From assembly GCA_963692915.1 (NCBI GenBank), contig OY843584.1:768001-832000 (forward strand): 64,000 nt of DNA, written 5' to 3'. The notes under the pieces were generated by a model. The model was not told where the DNA came from and did no database searches. It worked only from the letters and a program-made list of their open reading frames with translations. A program made the translations under genes and the position numbers. The first letter of the stretch is position 1; each line of letters begins with the position of its first letter. Of this stretch, positions 28,312 to 37,480 are shown piece after piece. Origin of the DNA: Cenarchaeum sp. (lineage in GTDB: Archaea; Thermoproteota; Nitrososphaeria; Nitrososphaerales; Nitrosopumilaceae).

Positions 28312-30056
28312 CATCTTAATCTCCCAAGATCGCGTGCCTGCTCGGCGACATAGTCCATGCCCTCCTGCCAGAACGACACGCTGCCGATGTCAAAGCCGTG
28401 GCGCGCCATGAGATCCTCGGGCTTTTCAGAGCCGCCGGCTGCCAGTATGCCAAGGTACGTCGGGGCAAATCCCGCGCCCTCAGAGGCGTATCTCGAAAAG
28501 AGTGAGAGTGCCATGAGGCACCCAAACGAGTACGCATAACAGTAGAACGGCGAGTGGTAAAAGTGCGGGATTGCGACCCACTCATCTGCAAAGTCGCCCG
28601 AGACGTCGACTGTCCGGCCAAACTGCGCGCGCAGCCCGCGCATGTACTCAGCTGATATCTCGCCGGCCGTCGCGCCAGACTCAACCATGGCGTGCGCGCG
28701 CTGCTCAAAGAGAGTAAAGAACGACTGGCGCATTATCGTCGCATAGAGCGAGTCTAGCCTAGATGCGATCATTGCGCGCCGGCGCGCCGGCGGTGCGGTG
28801 CGCATGAGCGCATCATGCAACAGCGTCTCTGAAAATGTCGAGGCCGTCTCGGCTAGTGGGAGCGGCGCTGCCTGTGTGAGTATCGACTGGGACGAGGCCG
28901 CAACGCTGTGGACCGCATGGCCGAGCTCGTGCGCAAGCGTAAACGTGTCCTCGACTGTGCCAGTAAAGCTGAGCAGGACGTAGGGGAGTATCCCCGGTGA
29001 GACCGTGCTGCAAAACGCGCCGTCGCGCTTGCCCTTGCGAACCGACGAGTCGACGTGGCACGAGTCTATGACCCGTCCGGCCATTGCGGCCATTTCGGGA
29101 CTAAAGTCTGACATTGCGCCAAGGACACCCTTTACCGCGCTTGCGTACGAGTTGCGCGCCCTGCCGCCAGGCACTGGGGCGTACAGGTCATACCTGCGCA
29201 TCTTGTCCAGGCCGATCATGCGCGCCTTTGCAGCAAAGAACCTCCTGAACACAGGTGCATTTTTCTCGCACGTGCGCAGGAGCGCCGAGACTGTCCGGTC
29301 ATCAACATTGTTTGCCATGTTCCTTGGAGATATTGCCGACTTGTGCGATCGTAGGCCAACCTCGACGCTGCCCCACTCTGAGGCAACACTAGAGTAGATG
29401 TCGCCAAGCGTTCCCCTGCTAGACGCAAACTTTGAGAGGAGTGCGCGATATGCGGCTCGTCGGACAGATGCGCGGGGGCTCCGGACGAGCGCGCCGAGCT
29501 CCTCGCGTCCCATCGTCTTGCCGCCCACGCGATACTCAAAGGCTGACGTGAGGCGGTCATACAGGCGGACGAGTGCCGAGGAGCCAGTCACGTCCATGAT
29601 GTTGATTATGCGCTCCTGAGCCTCAGGTAGCGTGTGGCGAGCCATGAGCCTCATGTACGCAAAGTGGCCAGCTAGCGGGCCGAGGTGCGCGAGGAGGCGC
29701 CGCGCGTTGCGCGCGTCAAGATCCACCTTCCACCACTGCTCAAAGAAGAGCATGTCGTTTGCCACCTGCGCCGAGAGGCGGCTCATCGCCGCGACGCGCG
29801 CGCCGGCTCTCTCGGACTGTGTGTCAGCCGCATACGAGAGCGAGGCATGGGAGTAGACACGGCTCATCGCATCGTGAATCTCCTCAACGAGTGAGATCAT
29901 GCGCAGCATCTGCGACGGCGATATTGACGGCCGCAAAAGACCCCTAGAGCGCGCTAGGCGCGCGGTAAGCCGGCGCACCTTGCGCACCTCGGCGTCTGTC
30001 TCGCGCCCACCTGGCAGCTCGGAGAGCGTCCACTCGCCTGTTCGCGATCCGGCCAT
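28311..30056 (-). CDS. pepF: Oligoendopeptidase F (M3B)
   Basis: GKRDGAFC, TLAHELGHAVH, LAETASTFSE and HFYHSPFYCYAY. Confidence 0.92.
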   Translation of the reverse strand: MAGSRTGEWTLSELPGGRETDAEVRKVRRLTARLARSRGLLRPSISPSQMLRMISLVEEIHDAMSRVYSHASLSYAADTQSERAGARVAAMSRLSAQVANDMLFFEQWWKVDLDARNARRLLAHLGPLAGHFAYMRLMARHTLPEAQERIINIMDVTGSSALVRLYDRLTSAFEYRVGGKTMGREELGALVRSPRASVRRAAYRALLSKFASSRGTLGDIYSSVASEWGSVEVGLRSHKSAISPRNMANNVDDRTVSALLRTCEKNAPVFRRFFAAKARMIGLDKMRRYDLYAPVPGGRARNSYASAVKGVLGAMSDFSPEMAAMAGRVIDSCHVDSSVRKGKRDGAFCSTVSPGILPYVLLSFTGTVEDTFTLAHELGHAVHSVAASSQSILTQAAPLPLAETASTFSETLLHDALMRTAPPARRRAMIASRLDSLYATIMRQSFFTLFEQRAHAMVESGATAGEISAEYMRGLRAQFGRTVDVSGDFADEWVAIPHFYHSPFYCYAYSFGCLMALSLFSRYASEGAGFAPTYLGILAAGGSEKPEDLMARHGFDIGSVSFWQEGMDYVAEQARDLGRLR

Positions 30057-30095
30057 CTAGGCCTGCCCCCAGTCCACGTGTGCACACATGGCAGG

Positions 30096-30227
30096 TCAGG
30101 GAATCTCGTCCTGCAGGTCAGAGCACGCCTTGTGAACCCACTTGTCCTGCGAGTTGCGCAGTATCTCCTTGCCCGTCTTTATCTCTCCGCCGCACTCGGG
30201 GCACGTTCCGGAAAATCTTGCCTTCAT
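30096..30227 (-). CDS. 43-aa zinc-finger microprotein (CxxC...HxxC)
   Basis: Manual translation MKARFSGTCPECGGEIKTGKEILRNSQDKWVHKACSDLQDEIP*. Confidence 0.75.
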   Translation of the reverse strand: MKARFSGTCPECGGEIKTGKEILRNSQDKWVHKACSDLQDEIP

Positions 30228-30243
30228 CAGGCGGGGTCGCCCA

Positions 30244-30366
30244 CTACGCAGTTATTACCCTTGCCCTAGACACGGAATGACCTGTGATCTTTTTGTGCGT
30301 CGAGGCGAGGTCGGCATCACGGAATACGAGTCCGCACCTAAAGCACTTCCAAGCAAGATCGGCCAT
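30244..30366 (-). CDS. 40-aa C2H2 zinc-finger microprotein
   Basis: Manual translation MADLAWKCFRCGLVFRDADLASTHKKITGHSVSRARVITA*, with CTTATAT about 23 nt upstream. Confidence 0.75.
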   Translation of the reverse strand: MADLAWKCFRCGLVFRDADLASTHKKITGHSVSRARVITA

Positions 30367-30426
30367 GCGTACCCCACGTATGCTGTGGATATAAGCATGC
30401 TGAACATCCGGTCCGGAGGCGCCGAT

Positions 30427-30729
30427 CTACCCATAGTCGACGTACCGGTCATAGCGGCGCTCGACCTCGGCGTTCAGGCCTCCCAGGATTCGCTCGGACT
30501 CTGAGGAGATTCGCCGCTCGACGTACTCGCGCAGGCTCTCCAGGCTCCCGTCACCGGCGATCTGGGCGGCAAATCCCCCAAAGTACGCCGCAGCACGCCG
30601 CCGATACTCGTCGCGCGCAGGCTTGCGCTCGCCGGCGGCCCGAAACGAGGCCGTCGCGCACGACGCGCCGACGATATGCGGCAGCTCGTCTAGTGCGCGA
30701 CTGATCTCGTACTGTGAGTCAGGCCTCAC
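30427..30729 (-). CDS. Hypothetical protein
   Basis: 100-aa ORF with a GTGA overlap on the hemB stop. Confidence 0.65.
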   Translation of the reverse strand: MRPDSQYEISRALDELPHIVGASCATASFRAAGERKPARDEYRRRAAAYFGGFAAQIAGDGSLESLREYVERRISSESERILGGLNAEVERRYDRYVDYG

Positions 30730-31721
30730 GGCCCATCACGCAGGGCCGCTGCGGCCTCTTTTGCAAAGTATGTCACGATGACGCCGGCGCCGGCCCTCTT
30801 TATCGCATGGAGTATCTCCAGGGCCACTGCTGTCCCGTCGACCATGTCGCGCGACTCGGCTGCCTTTACGAGCGCATATTCGCCAGACACGCTGTATGCG
30901 GCTACCGGCACGTCAAAGCGCCGGCGCGTCTCGGAGATTATGTCAAGGTACGCCAGGGCCGGCTTTATCATCACAATGTCAACTCCCTCCTCAATGTCGG
31001 CAGCTATCTCTTGCATCGATGCGCGTGCGCTGGTGTACGGAACCTGGTACGACCTGCGGTCGCCAAACTGTGGAGCGCACGAGGCCGCGTCGCGAAAAGG
31101 CGCATAGAACGACGAGGCGTGCTTTGCCGAGTGCGACATTATCGCAACGTCGCCAAATCCTGCACCATCAAGTGCGGCCCTGATTGCTGACACCTGCCCG
31201 TCCATCATCGCCGACGGTGAGACGACATCGGCGCCGGCGCGAGCCTGGCTCACGGCGATCTTTGAGAGCGCCTCGAGGCTTGAGTCGTTGTCTATGGAGT
31301 TGTCATCACCAACTAGCCCACAGTGGCCCGATGGCGTGTACTGGCACAGGCAGACATCAGACATTATGGCAAGCGCATCGCCATGCGAGTCACGCACGGA
31401 TCGTATGGCCTTTTGCACGACGCCATCAGGCGCGTATGCCGAGGATGCGCCATCGTCCTTGGAGGAGGGAACGCCAAATATCATGACTGCGCGTATTCCA
31501 AGGTCGCGTATGGAGCCGGCCTCTGAGGCAACATCATCCGGGCCAATCCTCGAGAGGCCGGGCATCGAGTCGATGCTCGAAGGCGATCCCGACTCGTCGA
31601 CAAAGATGGGGCACACGAGGTCAGAGGCCGCAAGGCGCGTCTCGCGGACGAGCTCGCGAATGCTCCCTGACCTGCGCAGGCGGCGCAGGCGCGTGGCCGG
31701 AAACGGCATGTCAGCGCGCAT
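30726..31721 (-). CDS. hemB: Porphobilinogen synthase
   Basis: RLRRLR, DVCLCQYT..GHCG, SAMMDG, FYAPFRDAA, MIKPALAYLD and YSVSGEY. Confidence 0.96.
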   Translation of the reverse strand: MRADMPFPATRLRRLRRSGSIRELVRETRLAASDLVCPIFVDESGSPSSIDSMPGLSRIGPDDVASEAGSIRDLGIRAVMIFGVPSSKDDGASSAYAPDGVVQKAIRSVRDSHGDALAIMSDVCLCQYTPSGHCGLVGDDNSIDNDSSLEALSKIAVSQARAGADVVSPSAMMDGQVSAIRAALDGAGFGDVAIMSHSAKHASSFYAPFRDAASCAPQFGDRRSYQVPYTSARASMQEIAADIEEGVDIVMIKPALAYLDIISETRRRFDVPVAAYSVSGEYALVKAAESRDMVDGTAVALEILHAIKRAGAGVIVTYFAKEAAAALRDGP

Positions 31722-31741
31722 GGCCGAGATTGAATATAACT

Positions 31742-32986
31742 CTAGTCGGCGCGCCCAAAGAGGCGAGACGCCGCGTCTAGCACGCCATCATCGCCGTTCT
31801 CCGAGGCGCGCCTTATGCGCCCTATGGGGCCTGAGACTATGCCCTCCATGATCGCGCGCGTGAGGTCATCCACGGTGCGCGCCGTCTGCTCGTCAACGCC
31901 GCCCATCATGCCGATGGCCTTTGCGAGCTCGCGTGACCTGACCTCCTCGGCTGACCTAAAGACGTCGGCTATGAGCGGCTCGGCCTCTATGCGCCTCATG
32001 GAGGCCTCTATGCCGGGCACCTCGCCGGTGACCATCCCCTCGGCTGCGCGTGCCTGTGACTCGCGCTCCCTGACGTTGCGGTCCACAATGCCGGCTATCT
32101 CGTCAAGGTTTACGAGCCTCACGCCGTCGATCTGCGCGACGCGCTCATCGACGGTTCGCGGGTTTGAGAGGTCGACTATCATCATCGGGCGCGCCGAGGC
32201 GTCAAGCTTGTCGGCGGTGACCATAAAGTAGGGCGCAGTAGTCGCGACGAACATGACCGAGTACGCGCCAAAGTCGCCTAGCGCATCCTCAAACTTCACC
32301 GGCTTGCCGCCCACGTTCTCGCAGAACGCCTCGGCGCGCCGGAGCGTGCGGCTCGCGACGCCAAACTCGTACCCGCGCTGGAGGAGCGACTTTGCGACGA
32401 GCGTAGAGAGCTCGCCGGTCCCGATGAGGAGCACGCTCTGTCCAGAGAGGCTCCCGCCGTGACCCTCCTCGGCGAGGCGGACTGCCATCGAGCCGACAGA
32501 CACGCCGCCACGGCTTATTCCCGTGTCCTGCCGCACGCGCGCGCCGAGGCGAACCGCCCTGTCAAATGCCGTGTTGAGGACATGGCCTGATGCGCCGCAC
32601 TCGCGCGCAGCCGCTATTGACTGCCTGATCTGCCCGAGAACCTGCTCCTCGCCCATGACCATCGAGTCAAGGCCCGAGGCGACGCGCAGGAGGTGTCCGA
32701 TAGCCTCGGTTCCCTCGCAGAACTCCATGTTCTCACCGAACGTGCGCTCGTCCAAACCCGCTATTGACGCCCATGTCCTCTTTATGCGCTCCTCGCCACA
32801 TGACTCAGAAGCGCCGTACACCTCGACCCTGTTGCACGTCTGTACGATGACGCACTCTTCTAGGCCGGCGTGCGCGCGAAAGCCCGAGAGGGCCGAGGCG
32901 ATATTGCGAAACGTGAATAGCTCCATGACGTGTATTGGCGACTTGTGAAATGTCACGCGTGCGTTCACTATGCTCCTAGGCGCCAT
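31742..32986 (-). CDS. hemA: Glutamyl-tRNA reductase
   Basis: TCNRVE, GLDSMVMGEEQVLGQ, GTGE and DLSNPR. Confidence 0.95.
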   Translation of the reverse strand: MAPRSIVNARVTFHKSPIHVMELFTFRNIASALSGFRAHAGLEECVIVQTCNRVEVYGASESCGEERIKRTWASIAGLDERTFGENMEFCEGTEAIGHLLRVASGLDSMVMGEEQVLGQIRQSIAAARECGASGHVLNTAFDRAVRLGARVRQDTGISRGGVSVGSMAVRLAEEGHGGSLSGQSVLLIGTGELSTLVAKSLLQRGYEFGVASRTLRRAEAFCENVGGKPVKFEDALGDFGAYSVMFVATTAPYFMVTADKLDASARPMMIVDLSNPRTVDERVAQIDGVRLVNLDEIAGIVDRNVRERESQARAAEGMVTGEVPGIEASMRRIEAEPLIADVFRSAEEVRSRELAKAIGMMGGVDEQTARTVDDLTRAIMEGIVSGPIGRIRRASENGDDGVLDAASRLFGRAD

Positions 32987-33635
32987 CCCAGGCCTCCAAT
33001 ATCGACATTGCCCTATCTCGCGCCGCGCGTGTGCGCCCGTCTTTTATTAACTGTTTAACCCCTTCATCATCGGCGAGCGCGCGCAAAAAGCGCCTTCTCC
33101 CCGAGGGCGTCGCTATGCGACTGCGCGCAGCCGCCCTCATCTCGGCCTGGAGCGAAATGTGGGCCTCATCACCCTTGTCGACTAGGCCATCGAGCGCACC
33201 GGCGGCGCGCTCGCGCAGGACGCGGGCCATGACGGGGCTCTTGCCGCCCGTGGAGACGGCGAACGAGACCGAGTCAGAGAGGCGCGTTGTGGCAAGATGC
33301 GCATAGTCGCTGTTTGCGGCATCATCTGACGAGTAGGCCAGGCAGTTGGGCTCGCGCCGCGCCGCCTCGACAATGGTGGCGTTTAGCGCAGTGTCATCAG
33401 TGGCCGCAATCACAATGCGCGCGCCGCAGCCGCGTATGGCCGAGGCGTCGCGCACACGCTCTCGTCGCAACTCGAACGAGTCGCCGGCAAGCGCGTCGAA
33501 TCGCGCGTCTGCCGGCTCACCGATAACTAGGACTGCGCAGCCCTCGTCTAGGAGTGCCCGAGTCCGCCGGTAGGCCTCCGAGCCAGCGCCGATGATCACG
33601 GCATGGCATCCGTGCAGGGCGAGGTCGACTATCAA
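32976..33635 (-). CDS. Precorrin-2 dehydrogenase / sirohydrochlorin ferrochelatase (SirC/CysG-N)
   Basis: IIGAGSEA, IAATDD and AVSTGGKSP motifs. Confidence 0.88.
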   Translation of the reverse strand: MIVDLALHGCHAVIIGAGSEAYRRTRALLDEGCAVLVIGEPADARFDALAGDSFELRRERVRDASAIRGCGARIVIAATDDTALNATIVEAARREPNCLAYSSDDAANSDYAHLATTRLSDSVSFAVSTGGKSPVMARVLRERAAGALDGLVDKGDEAHISLQAEMRAAARSRIATPSGRRRFLRALADDEGVKQLIKDGRTRAARDRAMSILEAWDGA

Positions 33636-34078
33636 TGTGGGGGCACGGCGGGATTTTTCTATTTAAGTTGTGGATGCAGACGCGTGCGGCAGCCCACAGT
33701 CGTCAGCACATGCAAAGACCATGTGGGCGCCATCCACTGGCAGTACCCCGCACAGAGCACGCGATCGCTTTTTGCAAGCGCCCAATATGCGTGGCGCGAT
33801 CCTCAGGTTCGGTGGACAGCATGCCGGACTTACACCGGGGCTCTTCCTCGGAGCGCTCAATGTCAGGGCACAGTTCGCTGTAGAGGCACAGTTACAATCT
33901 GACCAGCGCAATATAACGCAAGGCGACCACGGGGTATGTAACAATAGATCTCACTAGCATGCACGAGCTAGCGCCAAGTGCACGCAACAACATATGTGAG
34001 ATGTGATGCCAGATTCTCCAAAATTCGCTTTAAATACCGGCCAGGAGAGCTTAAATGTGCGCACAGATATGACGAGTC

Positions 34079-34702
34079 ATGAAAGCAGCAAATCTCCCTG
34101 TCGTTGAGTCCGAGACACGGCAGATTCATGACAACGAGCCGCGTGACATGGAGTTCACCACGAATGCCGAACAAGAGTCCAAACGGTTCAGCGAGAACGC
34201 ACGTGCAAGACGTAAAAACGCAAAGGCAGATGACAATATTGAACCGTTTCTAAGGATGCTCTGGGATCACAACCTTATCGACTGCAACACAAACCCGAAT
34301 GACGCAACGCTAGAGACCCGCATAAAGATAGAAAAGTTTGTGTATTTTGCCCAAGAGTGCTTTGGGCTGCAATGTCGTTACAGGCACATAAGGTACCTGT
34401 ATGGCCCATTTTCCGCTAGGCTCTCAGCTGACTATTTCCGGATACGAAATATTTGGGACGTTCCAAGTGGTGGACCCAAAGGCTGGAGCAGGCAGGCAGA
34501 ATTTCTCGATTTTGCAAAAAATCACAACGATGTTAAATGGTTAGAGATTGCCAGCACGCTAGCATATTCACGATTTGACGATCATGTAGATGGGGCAGAT
34601 AATCTGGTAAAACGCGTACAGAAAATAAAGCGCAATTTTCCAAAAGAATTTGTTGTGAAGGTACATGATGAGCTAGTCCAGATGGGATTTCTCGAGGAGT
34701 GA
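34079..34702 (+). CDS. SocA/Panacea(DUF4065)- or YwgA-like protein, copy 1
   Basis: RIKIEKFVYFAQ..FG..Y....YLYGPFSARLSADY and WLEIASTL pattern, in a lower-GC insert. Confidence 0.65.
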   Translation: MKAANLPVVESETRQIHDNEPRDMEFTTNAEQESKRFSENARARRKNAKADDNIEPFLRMLWDHNLIDCNTNPNDATLETRIKIEKFVYFAQECFGLQCRYRHIRYLYGPFSARLSADYFRIRNIWDVPSGGPKGWSRQAEFLDFAKNHNDVKWLEIASTLAYSRFDDHVDGADNLVKRVQKIKRNFPKEFVVKVHDELVQMGFLEE

Positions 34703-34706
34703 GGCA

Positions 34707-34880
34707 ATGCCGATGTGGGAGAGGTTTGCATCACACGTACCAGCCACAGTCGGGCCATGCGTGGCACCACGCACCCAGGTTCTGCAATACCTGCCACGGC
34801 ATTCATTTGTTCAGACGCGTTGGGAGTGCTGCCCAGACGATGTTGACGCACAGGCCGACCGCATACGCCAACACTTGTGA
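34707..34880 (+). pseudogene. Decayed remnant of the duplicated membrane-protein gene
   Basis: Same GTGAGGCAATG junction as at 35595 (offset 888). First ~20 codons align weakly (W4, P12, V15, A20), then a stop after 57 aa. Confidence 0.4.
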
Positions 34881-34961
34881 CGGCCAGGCACACCTAAATT
34901 TCCAAGACCGCCTTAAATACCGGCCAAAAGGGCTTAAATGTCCGCGCCAGCACGCCACGCC

Positions 34962-35590
34962 ATGAAAACGGCAGACAACGCCCCACTGGTGGACAGTCCG
35001 GGACAGAACAGGCTCGCAGCAACGTGTCGAGTGGCGCGGAGGTCACCATGAACCCCGCACCAGAGACCGAACTGGTTAGCGATGACCTACTTGCCAGTCT
35101 CAGGGACATGAAAGTGGATTGCAATATCGAGCCGTTTCTGAGGATGCTTTGGGATCACGGCCTTATCGACTGTAGCACAAACCCGAACGACTCAACGCTG
35201 GACACTCGCATAAAGGTGCAAAAGTTCGTCTATTTTGCCCAAAAGTACTTTGGGTTGCAATTTCGCTATCGACACACAATGTACCTGTATGGTCCATATT
35301 CCACCAGACTCGCAAGTGACTATTTCCAGATACGAAATATTGGCGACGTTCCAAGCGGTGGACCCGAAGGCTGGAGTAGGCAGGCAGAATTTCTCGACTT
35401 TGCAAAAAACCACAACGATGTCAAGTGGCTGGAGATTGCCAGCACGTTAGCACATTCACGGTTTCACGATAACGTAAATGGTGCCGATAATCTAGTAAAA
35501 CGTGTACAGGCAATAAAGCTCAATTTTTCAAAAGAGTACGTTGTGCGCGTGCATGGCGAGCTGGTTCAGATGGGATTTCTCGAGGGGTGA
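34962..35590 (+). CDS. SocA/YwgA-like protein, copy 2 (ATG 34962 out of frame; open from 35024/35048)
   Basis: Core closely matches copy 1 (RIKVQKFVYFAQ..YLYGPYS..WLEIASTL). Offset from copy 1 is 883 at the ATG and 888 at the stop, i.e. a +5 nt frameshift near the N-terminus. Confidence 0.6.
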
Positions 35591-35594
35591 GGCA

Positions 35595-36173
35595 ATGTCT
35601 GCATGGGTGTGGGTAGGGCCATCCATACCAATCGTGGTTAGTATGTGGGCAGCATTCTTAAGTACCGAAATCATCAACCCCGAATCACCAGGACCAGCAT
35701 TAATAACCACAGTGTCACTGTATTTAGCAGCGTTAGGATCCATACTAACGTATGAAGGACGCAAAATTGCACAACAGATGAAAGAGACGGATGAGCGTAG
35801 AGAAAATAAAAGAAAACGCCATATTGCCGAGTATGAAATACCCCACGTTGTGCAGACACTCAATACGTTGATGGTAAGCGTAGACAAAACAATGAAAATA
35901 TGGCACGGTGTAAATAGACTAGATAGTGCTGAACAAACAAATGAGTATAAACATAGACGAGTGATGATGCACATGGAAACAATACGCGCCATACAGGCAG
36001 ATTTTCTTGGAATGGGGCTATCAATGTACCACAAATTCTTAGACGGTGTACTTGCAGATTTAGACGAAATTGATTTTAGTGACGCATATGCGAGTAAAGA
36101 GGTGTTTAATGACGTCATTTGGGCAGTTTTTAATGTGAAAAAGAAGATTGAAAATGCCGCAGAGACAGAATAG
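35595..36173 (+). CDS. Low-GC membrane protein (2 N-terminal TM helices + charged coil + helical domain)
   Basis: ATG 4 nt after the upstream stop, AT-rich codons, two hydrophobic segments. Confidence 0.7.
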   Translation: MSAWVWVGPSIPIVVSMWAAFLSTEIINPESPGPALITTVSLYLAALGSILTYEGRKIAQQMKETDERRENKRKRHIAEYEIPHVVQTLNTLMVSVDKTMKIWHGVNRLDSAEQTNEYKHRRVMMHMETIRAIQADFLGMGLSMYHKFLDGVLADLDEIDFSDAYASKEVFNDVIWAVFNVKKKIENAAETE

Positions 36174-36276
36174 AGCTAATCATAGCCATCTAGCCCATTA
36201 TGCGCGCAGCACACGTGATAACCAAGCACCATGAATGAAGCATTGTTTTGTTAAAGGACTCCAAGATCCCCCACAT

Positions 36277-36398
36277 CCACGGCTCAGTAACCCCACGGCT
36301 CAGTAACCCCACGGCTCAGTAACCCCACGGCTCAGTAACCCCACGGCTCAGTAACCCCACGGCTCAGTAACCCCACGGCTCAGTAACCCCACGGCTCA
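36277..36398. repeat. Perfect 16-bp tandem repeat (CCACGGCTCAGTAACC) x7.6
   Basis: Seven identical units at 36277-36388 plus a 10-nt partial, with no spacers. Confidence 0.95.
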
Positions 36399-36457
36399 CG
36401 ACCCGGACGCACTACCCACGCTAGGTATTTATCAAAACGCTGCGGCACGCACGCCAG

Positions 36458-37480
36458 ATGGCAAAGATCTCCGACCAGGACGCGCTCATACTAGACGAGC
36501 TCCAGCAGTCGTTTCCGCTCGTGAGCAGGCCGTTCGCTGACATCGCCTCAAGGCTCGGAATGCCCGAGGACGAGGTCATCGAGCGCACTCGCGCGCTCAG
36601 GGAGTCTGGCGTCCTGCGGCAGCTCAGCGCGATATTTGACACCAGGAGGCTCGGCTACAAGAGCTCACTAGTCGCAATGCGCGTGAGCCCCGAGAACATC
36701 GAGCGCGTTGCCGGCATAATCAACGGCCACCCCGGCGTGAGCCACAACTATGAGCGCGACGGCAAGTACAACCTGTGGTTCACCATAGCGGTTCCGCCGG
36801 GCTCCAACCTAAAGGACGAGCTCGCAAAGTTTGACGGCATTGGCGGAATCGAGGCGGTTCGCATGCTCCCGACGATAAAGCTCTTCAAGATCGGCGTGCG
36901 CCTAGAGATGGTCAAAAAGTCCGACGTAAAGCCCGCCGAGACGAAAACCGACGCCCCGCGCGAGGCGTTTGTGCCAACAGAGCGTGACCGCGAGATCATA
37001 CGCGAGACGCAAAAGGATCTCGACTTGTCGGCGCGGCCATTTGAGGCGCCTGCGCGCAGGCTCGGGATGGACGAGGATGGCATGTTTGCGGCCCTGCGCC
37101 ACTACCAGGAGATCGGCGTCATGCGCAGGTTTGCCGGCATACTGCGCCACCGCGACGCCGGCTTTGTTGCAAACGGCATGATAGTCTGGAAGGTGCCCGA
37201 GGGGAGGATAGAGGAGGTCGGCGCGACGCTCGGCGCGTTCCCGCAGGTGAGCCACTGCTACCAGCGCCCGACATATGACGACTGGCCGTACAACGTCTTT
37301 TCGATGATTCACTGCAAGACCAGGGAGGAGGCCGACGCGATGGTGGGGCAGATACGCGAGCAGATAGGCGTAGAGGAGTATCGCGTGCTCTTTAGCCTGC
37401 GCGAGTTCAAAAAGACGCGCGTAGAGTATTTTGTCGAGCAAAAGTTTAGCGTCGCGCAGGCCGCCGCGACTGTCGCGTAG
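36458..37480 (+). CDS. Siroheme decarboxylase AhbA/B fusion (Lrp/AsnC-like, NirDL type)
   Basis: Two HTH-Lrp halves with SHNYER..YNLWFT and SHCYQR..WPYNVFSMIH. Confidence 0.88.
   Translation: MAKISDQDALILDELQQSFPLVSRPFADIASRLGMPEDEVIERTRALRESGVLRQLSAIFDTRRLGYKSSLVAMRVSPENIERVAGIINGHPGVSHNYERDGKYNLWFTIAVPPGSNLKDELAKFDGIGGIEAVRMLPTIKLFKIGVRLEMVKKSDVKPAETKTDAPREAFVPTERDREIIRETQKDLDLSARPFEAPARRLGMDEDGMFAALRHYQEIGVMRRFAGILRHRDAGFVANGMIVWKVPEGRIEEVGATLGAFPQVSHCYQRPTYDDWPYNVFSMIHCKTREEADAMVGQIREQIGVEEYRVLFSLREFKKTRVEYFVEQKFSVAQAAATVA

Noticed and set aside
27690-28411. ORFs 27690-27953 and 28118-28411
   Set aside because: Atypical composition and no motifs; the second overlaps pepF antisense.
33663-33957. 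ORFs of 82-99 aa at the left edge of the insert
   Set aside because: No recognisable motifs or coding bias, and no transposase or integrase signature.
36277-36398. CRISPR array
   Set aside because: Units are contiguous 16-mers with no spacers, and no cas genes are present.
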